Shown here: positions 19,814-29,629 of the stretch, one piece after another | Layout of the letters: each line of letters opens with the position of its first letter | How positions within the stretch are numbered: the first letter of the stretch is position 1 | From: Spirochaetia bacterium | GTDB taxonomy: Bacteria; Spirochaetota; Spirochaetia; CADAEX01 | Direction of reading: 5' to 3' | NCBI GenBank assembly: GCA_963662795.1 | Contig: OY759746.1 | Coordinates: forward strand, 1,184,001 to 1,248,000 | DNA: 64,000 nt | Translations under genes and position numbers: made by a program | The notes under the pieces: model-generated | Told to the model about the DNA's origin: nothing | What the model saw: only the letters and a program-made list of their open reading frames with translations | Databases searched by the model: none

Positions 19814-21184
19814 TTACCTGATTATTACCAGTATTCTGTCAAAAGGCCGTATCTGCTTTTTCTCAGCTCCCTGCTGCGGCGAACCAGTTTCCCGCGCAAA
19901 AAGCTTGTCATCTGTATAATAAAACTCAATCTCACCAATAGGTTCATTATCATTTCTAAAAACATAGGCTTTATCGCCGGTTTTTATTTCAAGTATCTTA
20001 TTCATGAATACTACTATTTCATCGTTGCTTACAGGATCAACAACATAGCCGCTGACTCCGCTGGCCTGAATATAGTAATCAAAAGCATTGCTGAAATTTT
20101 CAATATGCCTGTTTTTTTCATCAATTTTCTGCGCGCTTTTATTCCACACGGATTCATAACCATTTCTGATAAAAAGTTCTTTTTCATTTAACCTTTTTAC
20201 GGCATCTGCTACTGAATTCTGATATGGAACCTTTGCCAGCTGGTCAAGGAGAATATTAATCTTTTCGGATTCCTGTCTTATGCTGTCGATTTCACCGGCA
20301 GAAGCTGCATTGTCCTTTTCCAGAATTGAGACTGAAGTCTGCTCAGCAAAAGCAGGAACGATTTTATCTTTTTTATCTGATAAAATCTTTTTAATACTTT
20401 CCGATTTAAAAACAGGATCAAGCTTATTTTTCAGGACACTTGCCAGCCTCGCGCTGTCTCTTTTCAATGAAGCATTCTCCGCCTCGAAATTGGCAGTTAT
20501 TGACCTGATCCTTTCTTCATATGAGTTAACCAGCTCCTGCTGCTGCAACTCCGCCATCCTGCGCTGGTTGTTAAGAATTTCATCCTGTTTTCTTGCTTTA
20601 TCCAGCACAGCGGCATCATAGGATGCCATTGATTTTTCTATTTCCTTTATTTCCTCTTCTTTAGCCGCGATTTTTTCCCCATATTCCGTTTTTATAATGG
20701 CAGAATCGCTGTTTCGCTTTTTATAGATCGCAGCTATCCTTAATTTCTTCATATTATCGCTTTCACCGCTTGCCATCACTATGGAAATATCCCTTTCAGC
20801 CTTGCTGTTCAGATTGTCTATTTCCTCATTCATGTTAAGCTTCAGATTTTCCTGATCCGCTCTTGTTTTTCTTAGATTCTGCTCAAACTTTTTAGCTACA
20901 TCCAGAATATCCTTGAGATTTACGTCCTCAAAATCCTTGATCTGGACCGGGACAACCTTGCCGGATTCCTGTATATATCTTGTTACTGCGTAAGCTGTCC
21001 CGACAACTGCAATCAGAAAAACAAGGAGTGTAATCATTACAACATAATTTCTGTTCTTTTTTGATGCTGCAAATTCCACTTCGAGATCGTAAAGTTCCTG
21101 AGAGCCTACTTCAAGATTCCTCCAGTCAAGAAATGCGCTTTTGCTCTTGCTGACTAAGTCTTTTACTTTTCCATCATTGTCCAT
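19814..21184 (-). CDS. hypothetical single-TM coiled-coil protein
   Basis: One TM segment (YVVMITLLVFLIAVVGTAY) then a long heptad-rich region; overlaps the end of the cyclase gene. Confidence 0.75.
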   Translation of the reverse strand: MDNDGKVKDLVSKSKSAFLDWRNLEVGSQELYDLEVEFAASKKNRNYVVMITLLVFLIAVVGTAYAVTRYIQESGKVVPVQIKDFEDVNLKDILDVAKKFEQNLRKTRADQENLKLNMNEEIDNLNSKAERDISIVMASGESDNMKKLRIAAIYKKRNSDSAIIKTEYGEKIAAKEEEIKEIEKSMASYDAAVLDKARKQDEILNNQRRMAELQQQELVNSYEERIRSITANFEAENASLKRDSARLASVLKNKLDPVFKSESIKKILSDKKDKIVPAFAEQTSVSILEKDNAASAGEIDSIRQESEKINILLDQLAKVPYQNSVADAVKRLNEKELFIRNGYESVWNKSAQKIDEKNRHIENFSNAFDYYIQASGVSGYVVDPVSNDEIVVFMNKILEIKTGDKAYVFRNDNEPIGEIEFYYTDDKLFARETGSPQQGAEKKQIRPFDRILVIIR

Positions 21185-22863
21185 ATACCATTCCAGTTTT
21201 CAGGCGGTTTTGCTCCTGATATCCTGCTTATAAAAACTTCCGCAGCAGGGATTCCGCATTTTGCGAAGTATTTCTCCGCAGCTTTCCAATCGCCTTTATA
21301 ATAATCTTTAAGGGCAGTGTCAAACATCTCCAGTCTTCCTTCAAGGTCAGAATCAAGTACATCAAGGGGAACAGGCCAGAAAACCTTTTTCCCTTCTTTC
21401 TTGCCCTTGACTTTAACAGTATCAAGCTCCTGGAAGAAATAATCAGCATTATTCCTTATTGCATCATTTTTAATATATTCAGAACATATTACAGGTACCT
21501 TGTAGATCCTTGTAAGCCCTTCAAGGCGTGAAGAAGAGTTGACATTATCACCGATAACCGTATTTGTCATTCTTTCATTTGATCCGATGTTGCCGTAAAA
21601 GACATCTCCGCCGTCGATGCCGACTCCTACTTCGATGAGGACGGCCCTATAGACCATCTCTTCGGCAGCAGAAAGAGCTCCGTATTTTTTGACAATTTCC
21701 TCTTTCTTGTCAATCATCTTTTTTCTGAGAGAAGCTGCTACTTCCTGTATTCCGTATCCTGAAGCAAGAGCCTGAACAGATTTGTTTTCTACGGAATCAT
21801 CAAATGTGCCGAAGACGGCCAGCAGCGCATCTCCGATTATGGAACCGACAATACCTTCCTTCCTGTGGACTCTTTTGATCGCTTCCTGATAGTGCATGTT
21901 TATGAGGCTGATTATATCTGTACCGAGGATTTCGGTCATATTTGTAAACTGCTTTATATCTGAAAACAGTATTGTCAGCTCTTTGGATGCCCCTTCAAGC
22001 TTTATTCTCTGTTCCTTGTAGGCTTTTCTCGCAACATCTGCAGTTACAAATTTCTTGAAGATGTTCATAAGGTTATCTATATTGCTGGAAAGCGAGTTGA
22101 ATGACATACCCAAAAGCGTTATATCATCATTGGGAGCATCTTTGAGATCGATAATCCCTATTCTCTGGTCTGTTCTCATTGCCATAATCTGGTCTGTCAT
22201 CAGTTTAACAAAGCGGAGCAGGCTGTTGACGAGAAATACCCCCAGAAAACCGCATATAATTGTTATGGCGATTATAATTACTGCTACCCGGTTAAAAACC
22301 ACTCTTGTAGGATAATAAAATTCGTTAACCTCTTCTGCCCTCACAAGAAAGGTATTCCATTTCTGATTGAATTTAAATACACCGAAATATTCAAGATTCC
22401 CAAGATAAAAATTAATGGCCCCTTCTTTTGTCCCGGCGGCAGATGCTTCCACGATAAGATTGTTAAGCGTGGGCCTTTCTGTCTCTTCTACGTTTATGGT
22501 AGGGGAAACTGAAAAAAACAGGCTGCTGTCTGTATTTATACCGATAAATACAGATTTTTCTCCGCGCAGTTCCTTTATGGCCCTTTCACGGATATTCTTT
22601 ACAGACTCTTCCTTATCTTCATTAAAAGAAAATATTTCATATTGATTATTACAGAAAATATGAAGATCCTTGAGATCCCTTACAAGAAGCTGGTTTAAAA
22701 GTTTTATCTGCACTCCCCTGTTAAGAACCAGATTGATATAGTTTGTCGTAAAATTGGAAAGCAGAAGCAAAACTGTGAAAAGTCCTGTAATCTTGAGTGT
22801 AATAGGTACAACCCTTGTACCTCTGATTTTATGTCCTATAAAATTATTAATATTTTTCTTCAC
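21163..22863 (-). CDS. class III nucleotidyl (adenylate/guanylate) cyclase, 2 TM + HAMP
   Basis: LFSDIKQFT, IIGDALLAVFG, GVGIDGG and TVIGDNVNSSSRLEG motifs; C-terminal TPR-like WNGIW tail. Confidence 0.92.
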   Translation of the reverse strand: MKKNINNFIGHKIRGTRVVPITLKITGLFTVLLLLSNFTTNYINLVLNRGVQIKLLNQLLVRDLKDLHIFCNNQYEIFSFNEDKEESVKNIRERAIKELRGEKSVFIGINTDSSLFFSVSPTINVEETERPTLNNLIVEASAAGTKEGAINFYLGNLEYFGVFKFNQKWNTFLVRAEEVNEFYYPTRVVFNRVAVIIIAITIICGFLGVFLVNSLLRFVKLMTDQIMAMRTDQRIGIIDLKDAPNDDITLLGMSFNSLSSNIDNLMNIFKKFVTADVARKAYKEQRIKLEGASKELTILFSDIKQFTNMTEILGTDIISLINMHYQEAIKRVHRKEGIVGSIIGDALLAVFGTFDDSVENKSVQALASGYGIQEVAASLRKKMIDKKEEIVKKYGALSAAEEMVYRAVLIEVGVGIDGGDVFYGNIGSNERMTNTVIGDNVNSSSRLEGLTRIYKVPVICSEYIKNDAIRNNADYFFQELDTVKVKGKKEGKKVFWPVPLDVLDSDLEGRLEMFDTALKDYYKGDWKAAEKYFAKCGIPAAEVFISRISGAKPPENWNGIWTMMEK

Positions 22864-22961
22864 CTTTTTATTCTTTTCTTCTTTAATATTTAAAACTAGT
22901 TTAAGATAACATTTATCATATTAAAGCACAAATTTTAGAAAATCAAGATAATTATTCTCAG

Positions 22962-22990
22962 TTGAATTAAATGTTTGTTTTTGCTAACAT
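22962..22990 (+). promoter_or_regulatory. sigma70-type promoter of thrH
   Basis: TTGAAT-N17-TAACAT with an extended TGn. Confidence 0.5.
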
Positions 22991-23028
22991 AGGATAATCA
23001 TCACTAATGTTAAAGCCTGGAGTATTAT

Positions 23029-23631
23029 ATGTATGTAGTCTGTCTTGATCTTGAAGGTGTTCTTGTTCCTGAAATCTGGATAAATGTAGCAAAAAAAACC
23101 GGAATTGACGAACTCAAGCTCACTACAAGGGATATTTCTGATTACAATGCCCTGATGAAACGAAGAATTGCGATCCTGGATGAGAACAATCTTAAGCTTA
23201 AAGATATACAGGATGTAATTGCGACAATGGATCCTCTTGACGGGGCAGAGGAATTCCTTGAAAAACTCAGGGAGCTGACACAGGTTATAATTCTTTCAGA
23301 TACATTTACACAATTCGCTAAACCGCTTATGAAAAAACTCGGATGGCCTGTTATTTTCTGCAATGAACTTGTAATTGACAATTCAGACAGAATCTCTGAT
23401 TTCGCCTTAAGGCAGCAGGACGGGAAAAAACATGCTGTTAAGGGATTTCATTCAATGGGCTTCAAGGTTGTTGCTTCAGGTGATTCATATAACGATCTTT
23501 CAATGATAAGGGAAGCAGACAGCGGGGCCCTTTTCTGCCCTCCGGAAAAAATCGTAAAAGACAATCCTGATCTTCCGGTTGCAATGACACACAGAGAGCT
23601 GCTGGAAATAATAAAAAACCTTGTAAAATAA
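23029..23631 (+). CDS. thrH: phosphoserine phosphatase / homoserine phosphotransferase ThrH
   Basis: CLDLEGVLVPEIW, TTRDI.DY, ILSDTF and GDSYND motifs. Confidence 0.95.
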   Translation: MYVVCLDLEGVLVPEIWINVAKKTGIDELKLTTRDISDYNALMKRRIAILDENNLKLKDIQDVIATMDPLDGAEEFLEKLRELTQVIILSDTFTQFAKPLMKKLGWPVIFCNELVIDNSDRISDFALRQQDGKKHAVKGFHSMGFKVVASGDSYNDLSMIREADSGALFCPPEKIVKDNPDLPVAMTHRELLEIIKNLVK

Positions 23632-23645
23632 AAAAGCAGGCCTTC

Positions 23646-26105
23646 TTAGCCGGTTAATCTTTTAATCTCATCTTTCAGCAGAGGGAAAAGCTGTGCTACC
23701 CTTTTAAGATTTTCCATTGATTTTTCAGCATTGTTTTCCTTTGCACTCTTTTCCAGTTCACCTGCCGCATCCCCGAATTTTCTGATAGCAAGATTCCATG
23801 AGCCCCCCTTGATTGAGTGGGCTTCACGGCATAGCGATTCAAAGTCCTTTTTTTCAAGAAGTACCCTCATATCCGGCAGCTGCTTCTCAACCCTGACGCT
23901 GAACTCGGAGAGCGTTTCAAGCAGTATTTCCTTTTCACCCATAAAAGTATCGAGAGCGTCGTTATAGTCAATCATTTCAGCGGCTTTATCCGGAAAAACC
24001 GGCGATACAGCGCTATCTACGGTATTTTTTCCCGTACCGGTCCCTGTCTCAGCAGGCTTTGTTTTAACTGCGCTGATAATCGAATTCCCATTTCCGTTTT
24101 TTTCAGACGCAGGTTCCAGCTCCTCAAGGTCTGCTACTTCATCACCGACTATCAGCCACTTGCTGAAAAGCGGAACCAGGTCGGTCTTTTTGAAAGGTTT
24201 GGAGAGAAAATCATCCATGCCTGCTTCAATACATTTCTCTTTTTCGCCGGCAATTGCATTTGCAGTAACAGCTATTATTGGAGTAGTCACCCCCATCTCC
24301 TTAATCCTTCTTGAGGCGTCAAAACCGTTCATTACCGGCATCTGTATATCCATCAGGATAAGATCGAATTTTTCTTTTTTTGCCAGCTCAACCGCTTCCA
24401 GTCCGTTATCAGCAACAGAAACATCAATATTGAAATTGTTTAGAATTGTTTTAAAAAGTTTCTGGTTGATATAATAATCCTCGGCAAGGAGGAATTTTTT
24501 TCTGCTGTTAAGAAGCAGCTCCTGAATTACACTGAGTTCCTGTTCGGTAGTACTGTCCTCCTCCTCCGCATCAATTACTATTCCAAGAGCCTTGAATACA
24601 GCGCTGTACAGATGCCTTTTTTTAACCGGTTTGTTGATATATCCGTCAAACCAGTTCAGGAGCTTCATTTTTGCCTCATCCCCACCCATTCCGATGGGAG
24701 TCATAAGGACCTTTTTAATATCTGAATATCGGCTTTCTGCTTTTATTTCACTTGCAAGCTGCCATCCGTCCATACCGGGCATTCTCTGATCAATCAGCAC
24801 CAGGTCTACATCAGCAGCACCGCTCTTTACCCTGTCAAGAAACGAAATGGCTTCATTGCCGTTATCAGCTTCATAAACCCTGATCCCAATCTCTTCAAGA
24901 TATTTCCTTACCTGCTTCCTGCTTGTTTCATTATCATCAACAAGCAGCAGCTCGATTTTCACAGGAAGTTTTAATGCGCGGGATATTTTCCCTTTTGACA
25001 ACGTAGAAACCCTGGTTCTGATAGTAAACCAGAAAAGGGAACCCTTCCCCTCAACACTGTCAAACCCAATTTCTCCGCCGAAAAGTTCCGCAAGTTTTTT
25101 GCTTATGGAAAGGCCGAGGCCCGTACCTCCGAATTTGCGGGTTATTGATGAATCGACCTGGGTAAACACGTTAAAAAGAAGATTTTTTCTGCTGTCAGGG
25201 ATACCTATACCGGTATCACTGACAGTGAACTTGATTTTCATCTCACCGCCTTCTGTTTTAACCATGCTGGCGCTTACAACAATCTCCCCGTTTTTGGTGA
25301 ATTTGATCGCATTGTTCAGTAGGTTCATAACAACCTGCCGGAGCCTTACAGGATCGCCCTCAATTATCTCAGGAACATCAGGTGAAATAGACAATACAAC
25401 TTCAAGCCCTTTTTTGTGTGCTTCCATTGCAATCAGGGTAACTGCGTCTTCAAGCGTTTCATAAAGATTGTATCCAATATTTTCAAGTTCAAGTTTTCCG
25501 GCTTCAATCTTGGAAAAATCAAGGATATCGTTGACAAGACTTAAAAGGACACCTGCAGAAAAAAGAATCTGATCGCCGTATTCCTTCTGCTCAACATCAA
25601 GCGGCGTATCAAGAATAAGTTCCGACATCCCCATGATTGTATGCAGCGGTGTTCTTATTTCATGGCTTACATTGGCAAGAAATTCCGATTTTGTTCTCGC
25701 TGCCTGTTCGGCAAGCCCTTTTGCTTCCTCAAGCTGCTTTTCTGCAGTTTTCAATTCTGATATGTCGTCTATCAGGCCGATATAAAGTTTTCTGTCCTGG
25801 TCATCTGCTGCTGAATTAATTCTTACAGTATAGGATTTTCCGTATTTTTCTTTATCGCTGTATTCATATCTGATGCTGTCTGTCCCTGTTTTTACGAATT
25901 CATTGAATTTGCCGGTAAACTCTTTAAAAAATTCATCACTCAGGACATCTGAAAGTTTTTTCCCTTCAATTGCTTCATTTTTTTCCCCGGTAAGTTTTTT
26001 AAAGGAAATATTTGCTTTTAAAATTTCAAGATTATCACCAAAAATAAAGACTGCGTAAGGAGAATTCTCGATAAAATCAATTAATACCTTTTCAAACTGG
26101 AGCAT
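23646..26105 (-). CDS. cytoplasmic hybrid histidine kinase (PAS-HisKA-HATPase-REC-REC-HPt)
   Basis: FLANVSHEIRTP, NLLNNAIKFT, DTGIGI, GGTGLGL, two receiver domains, HPt AHSIKG; no TM segment. Confidence 0.95.
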   Translation of the reverse strand: MLQFEKVLIDFIENSPYAVFIFGDNLEILKANISFKKLTGEKNEAIEGKKLSDVLSDEFFKEFTGKFNEFVKTGTDSIRYEYSDKEKYGKSYTVRINSAADDQDRKLYIGLIDDISELKTAEKQLEEAKGLAEQAARTKSEFLANVSHEIRTPLHTIMGMSELILDTPLDVEQKEYGDQILFSAGVLLSLVNDILDFSKIEAGKLELENIGYNLYETLEDAVTLIAMEAHKKGLEVVLSISPDVPEIIEGDPVRLRQVVMNLLNNAIKFTKNGEIVVSASMVKTEGGEMKIKFTVSDTGIGIPDSRKNLLFNVFTQVDSSITRKFGGTGLGLSISKKLAELFGGEIGFDSVEGKGSLFWFTIRTRVSTLSKGKISRALKLPVKIELLLVDDNETSRKQVRKYLEEIGIRVYEADNGNEAISFLDRVKSGAADVDLVLIDQRMPGMDGWQLASEIKAESRYSDIKKVLMTPIGMGGDEAKMKLLNWFDGYINKPVKKRHLYSAVFKALGIVIDAEEEDSTTEQELSVIQELLLNSRKKFLLAEDYYINQKLFKTILNNFNIDVSVADNGLEAVELAKKEKFDLILMDIQMPVMNGFDASRRIKEMGVTTPIIAVTANAIAGEKEKCIEAGMDDFLSKPFKKTDLVPLFSKWLIVGDEVADLEELEPASEKNGNGNSIISAVKTKPAETGTGTGKNTVDSAVSPVFPDKAAEMIDYNDALDTFMGEKEILLETLSEFSVRVEKQLPDMRVLLEKKDFESLCREAHSIKGGSWNLAIRKFGDAAGELEKSAKENNAEKSMENLKRVAQLFPLLKDEIKRLTG

Positions 26106-26123
26106 CCGTATTTCCCCGTTTTA

Positions 26124-27374
26124 TCAGAATCCCGGATTCAGGATTTCTGCTGTTTTTCTTTTTATCGCATCAGGTTTTAACGGTTTTGACATATAGCTTC
26201 TGACTCCGTATTTAACTGCTTTAAGAACTGTTTCCTTCTGGGACAGGGCGGAAAGGATGATTACCGGTGTATTGATTTTCTCCCTGTTCATATATTCGAG
26301 AACTCCGAATCCGTCAAGTTCAGGCATCATTACATCAAGAAATACAAGATCATACTCATTGCCGGGAAGGGCATCGACAAACTTTTTCCCGTTTTCATAC
26401 AGGTCGAGCTGCCATTCAAGTGATTTGAATACAGTTTTAACAAGCTGGCGTATCACAAAATCATCATCAACAATTGCAATTTTCACATTATTCCCGATTG
26501 TCTCAAGCTGCCTGAAGAGGTTTTCCGCTTCAAACCTCATTTCAATTTTACCTTCCTGAGCATTTCCGGAAAGTTTTGCCCCCAGCAGATTATCTTCAAC
26601 TACCTTGTCCTGGGCATATGTATCCCCTTTCTTCCCGATTAGTATATCAAGGGCATCGCCAAGATTGTTGGTTGTCTTTATTCCCCTGAATTCCGGAACA
26701 GATTTAACATAATCCTTAATTGCGCCGGAGTTTGTAAGAATCATTATCTGATCAGGCTTTTCAGCAGCACTTTTTACAGCAATATCAAGGAGATTGCGCA
26801 ATTTGAAAATATTTTTATCCTCAATTTCAATATTCGACATCATAAGGAGGATTTTAGGATGCGCTATGTTGTATATTTTTATCAGCTCGTTAAGCCGGAA
26901 CTGCAGGATGTCAATTTTTTCGGTATTCAGCCCGCGGGCAATTTCAATAAATATAATTTCATCGTTGTAGTTTGCTTCAATTAAACAGGGCGAATCATCG
27001 ACTTCCATCTCTATTTTAAATATCTCTGAAACACCTTTAAAAAGTGAATCAATCTTTACCGGTTTTGAGAGTATTTTTTTTACCCCGTATTTGGCAAGCT
27101 CCACTATTTTGCTTTTATCAATTCTGCTGGTAAGAAGAATTACCGGTATAGATGAGGTATTTGGATTTGTCTCTTTCTCGATAAGTATTTCCTGGGAACT
27201 TTTTCTTGTGAGCATGTAGTCCATAACGATAAGATCAGGAATTACCTTTCGGAGTTTAAGTGACCCGTCAAGCCCGTTTACCCCGTTGAAAACTTCGAAA
27301 TTCAAATCTGCAAATTTTTTTTCAAGATACTGGCGGAATTCCTCGTTTTCATCAATTATCAACACTTTTTTCAT
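26124..27374 (-). CDS. response regulator with two receiver domains
   Basis: N-terminal REC (LIIDE..DLIVMD..KP) and C-terminal REC (IVDDD..LVFLDVMMP..KP); ATG 27374 follows a GGAG SD (ORF track start 27392). Confidence 0.9.
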   Translation of the reverse strand: MKKVLIIDENEEFRQYLEKKFADLNFEVFNGVNGLDGSLKLRKVIPDLIVMDYMLTRKSSQEILIEKETNPNTSSIPVILLTSRIDKSKIVELAKYGVKKILSKPVKIDSLFKGVSEIFKIEMEVDDSPCLIEANYNDEIIFIEIARGLNTEKIDILQFRLNELIKIYNIAHPKILLMMSNIEIEDKNIFKLRNLLDIAVKSAAEKPDQIMILTNSGAIKDYVKSVPEFRGIKTTNNLGDALDILIGKKGDTYAQDKVVEDNLLGAKLSGNAQEGKIEMRFEAENLFRQLETIGNNVKIAIVDDDFVIRQLVKTVFKSLEWQLDLYENGKKFVDALPGNEYDLVFLDVMMPELDGFGVLEYMNREKINTPVIILSALSQKETVLKAVKYGVRSYMSKPLKPDAIKRKTAEILNPGF

Positions 27375-27388
27375 TAGTCTCTCCAGAT

Positions 27389-29569
27389 TCAATTTTTATT
27401 AAATACTGATTCCATTGTAAAAATATCAGTAAGAACTTCTCTGGTTACCGCATACAAAGGGGGAATCCCCTCAAATGCGTTCATACCGGTGGAAAGCTGG
27501 TTTTTAGGGCTGGCAGGAAGGTCCGAAACATAATAATAAAAATTCATCGGGATGTTATCTGCAATAAGGCCGTGCTGCCTTGCCTCAATTATCTGCCTTA
27601 AATAATAAACCCCTTCCATTTCAAGTCCTATACAGTCCCAGATGTGTCTGTAGAAAGAAAGCATCATGCTGTTCTGAAACAGGGTGCCGTCCACAGTCAG
27701 CATAGGTCCTCTGTATATTTTAGTTTCAGCAAGCCTGTTTTGTAAACGATTAATTGTTTTAAACGCCCTGTTTTCAACTGGAAGAAAAAGATCCTCCGAC
27801 TGCCCGATAAAAGCGTCAGGAAGAAGTATATCTCCCCTGTTTCCAAGCAGCGCGCCCGCCTTTCCCAGAATATTAATGCTGCCGAGGTTTTTCCCGAACT
27901 GCAGAAGAAGGTTTCTCATAATTTCAGAAGCCTGCTCACCGAAAGCATAATCAATATTAAGTATCAGCGACTTCGACCTTGCAGGGATTTCAGGAAGGCC
28001 CGGGTCAATATTCTTATTTACAAGCTTGCACAGGCTGAAAATCTGAACCCTGATTCCTGTTGATACGGTTCTGTCAAGCTTGATAATGCCATCCGAAATC
28101 TTGATGCTGCCGGGGTTTTTCTCATCTTCCTCATCCAGAAAATCCCTTGAAAGCGCATACAGCATATCATGCCGGTTGTGCCATTTCTTTTTTGCAACAG
28201 GGTGTCTGTTCTTTTCTCCCCATGCAATAATCTCTTCCATTCTGTCAAGCAGCGAGGAGTTAAGACAGTTTATAACCGAGTGTGTATTGCTGCTTATAAT
28301 ATGGACTTTTATATGCGAAGGAAGTTCATTGGCCTTGAATCCGGTGAGTTCCCGCACAGCGTCGCCTATCTGGGTGAGCCACATTTCAGAACGCCTTGTA
28401 TTATAAAGCTCGAGCTGTCTTTTTATGACAAGATGGAAAATACCGCTGTGCAGAGCCGCCTGATAAAGGTATTTAACAGTATCCTCAGGCCATGCAGTTT
28501 TAAGGCCTGCAATCTCACTGCCGGAGAACGGAAGCGTTTTCAGAAATTCTGAATCACTCTTTTCCTTATCTTTTGGAGAAAGCTGATTTTTTGATAAATG
28601 ATTTTTAATTGCGAGCAGAATCCTGTGCTCCGAAAGGCGTGTCTTTATTTTTTCCGCTTCAACTGTTAAAACGCACAGGCATGTAATAAGATCAAGAAGG
28701 TCTGTTATTCCCGGGCGGTAGAGCATCATTGTCTGGCCCGGCATCATCTTCCAGCACCTTCTCCGCCTTGCAAGGGCAGGAGAGGGATCAAAAAGCTTCC
28801 ATGGTTCAGGTATGTGTTCATAAAGCTCATCAATAAGTACATATATAAAGTTTTCAGTTACATTGCCGGGAAGCCGTTTTATGGCATAATCAAGCGCCAG
28901 GGTGTCAACAACCTCGCTGTTATTGATATCAGTATGCAGAGCCGGCTCCATCTCGCGGTAGAAAGGGATAAGGTCCCTGATTTCCATGCTGCCTTTGTTT
29001 ATGCCCTGGAGAACTTCGGATTTGAACCGTTCAAATGCGGCAAATATCCCCTGTTTATTTTTCAGGATTGTACTCATTGCTTTTGAAAAAGCTTTTGATG
29101 AGTGTATAAGCTTTCTGAAGTTCCGGCCTGTTATGGTGTAGCACTGAACATCAGAAAGAGCCCTGACAGTATATATTCTTTTTTGGTTAAAGATTGCCGA
29201 GCGTTCCCCGAAATAATGTCCCGAAGTAATTACATTTATCCTTACAGTCCCGGCGGCCCTGTAATCTATAGTTTCAACAGCCCCTTTTTTTATTAAAAAC
29301 ATGCTGTCTTCAGAATCGCCTTTGCTGTATATTGTCTCTCCCTTGCGGAAGGTATATTCCCTTAAATCCTTGATAAGTTTCTTTTTTTCAGAAGAAGAGA
29401 GGAAGCGGAACGGAATAACCCCTTCCAGCAGTTCAATCGCAGCATCACTTCCCTGCCTGCGGTCCGGTTTATCCTTTTTGCCGGCGGCTTTGCTGTTTAC
29501 CCTGTGGCTTGCGGCACCGGCACTGCCTGTATTTTTGCTGAAGGCAGTATCCTTTGATGTGCGACCCAT
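27389..29569 (-). CDS. cyclic-nucleotide-binding domain fused to a nucleoside phosphorylase/nucleosidase-fold (DUF6909-like) domain
   Basis: cNMP cassette YFGERSAIFNQKRIYTVRA; C-terminal LNIDY, LGKAG..GDILLP, LTVDGT, GLEMEG and YVSDLP motifs. Confidence 0.8.
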   Translation of the reverse strand: MGRTSKDTAFSKNTGSAGAASHRVNSKAAGKKDKPDRRQGSDAAIELLEGVIPFRFLSSSEKKKLIKDLREYTFRKGETIYSKGDSEDSMFLIKKGAVETIDYRAAGTVRINVITSGHYFGERSAIFNQKRIYTVRALSDVQCYTITGRNFRKLIHSSKAFSKAMSTILKNKQGIFAAFERFKSEVLQGINKGSMEIRDLIPFYREMEPALHTDINNSEVVDTLALDYAIKRLPGNVTENFIYVLIDELYEHIPEPWKLFDPSPALARRRRCWKMMPGQTMMLYRPGITDLLDLITCLCVLTVEAEKIKTRLSEHRILLAIKNHLSKNQLSPKDKEKSDSEFLKTLPFSGSEIAGLKTAWPEDTVKYLYQAALHSGIFHLVIKRQLELYNTRRSEMWLTQIGDAVRELTGFKANELPSHIKVHIISSNTHSVINCLNSSLLDRMEEIIAWGEKNRHPVAKKKWHNRHDMLYALSRDFLDEEDEKNPGSIKISDGIIKLDRTVSTGIRVQIFSLCKLVNKNIDPGLPEIPARSKSLILNIDYAFGEQASEIMRNLLLQFGKNLGSINILGKAGALLGNRGDILLPDAFIGQSEDLFLPVENRAFKTINRLQNRLAETKIYRGPMLTVDGTLFQNSMMLSFYRHIWDCIGLEMEGVYYLRQIIEARQHGLIADNIPMNFYYYVSDLPASPKNQLSTGMNAFEGIPPLYAVTREVLTDIFTMESVFNKN

Positions 29570-29629
29570 TTTTATCCCTCCTGTCTGGTGACCGGATTTT
29601 CCTTATGCCTGCGCGGGAAAACGGGAGTA

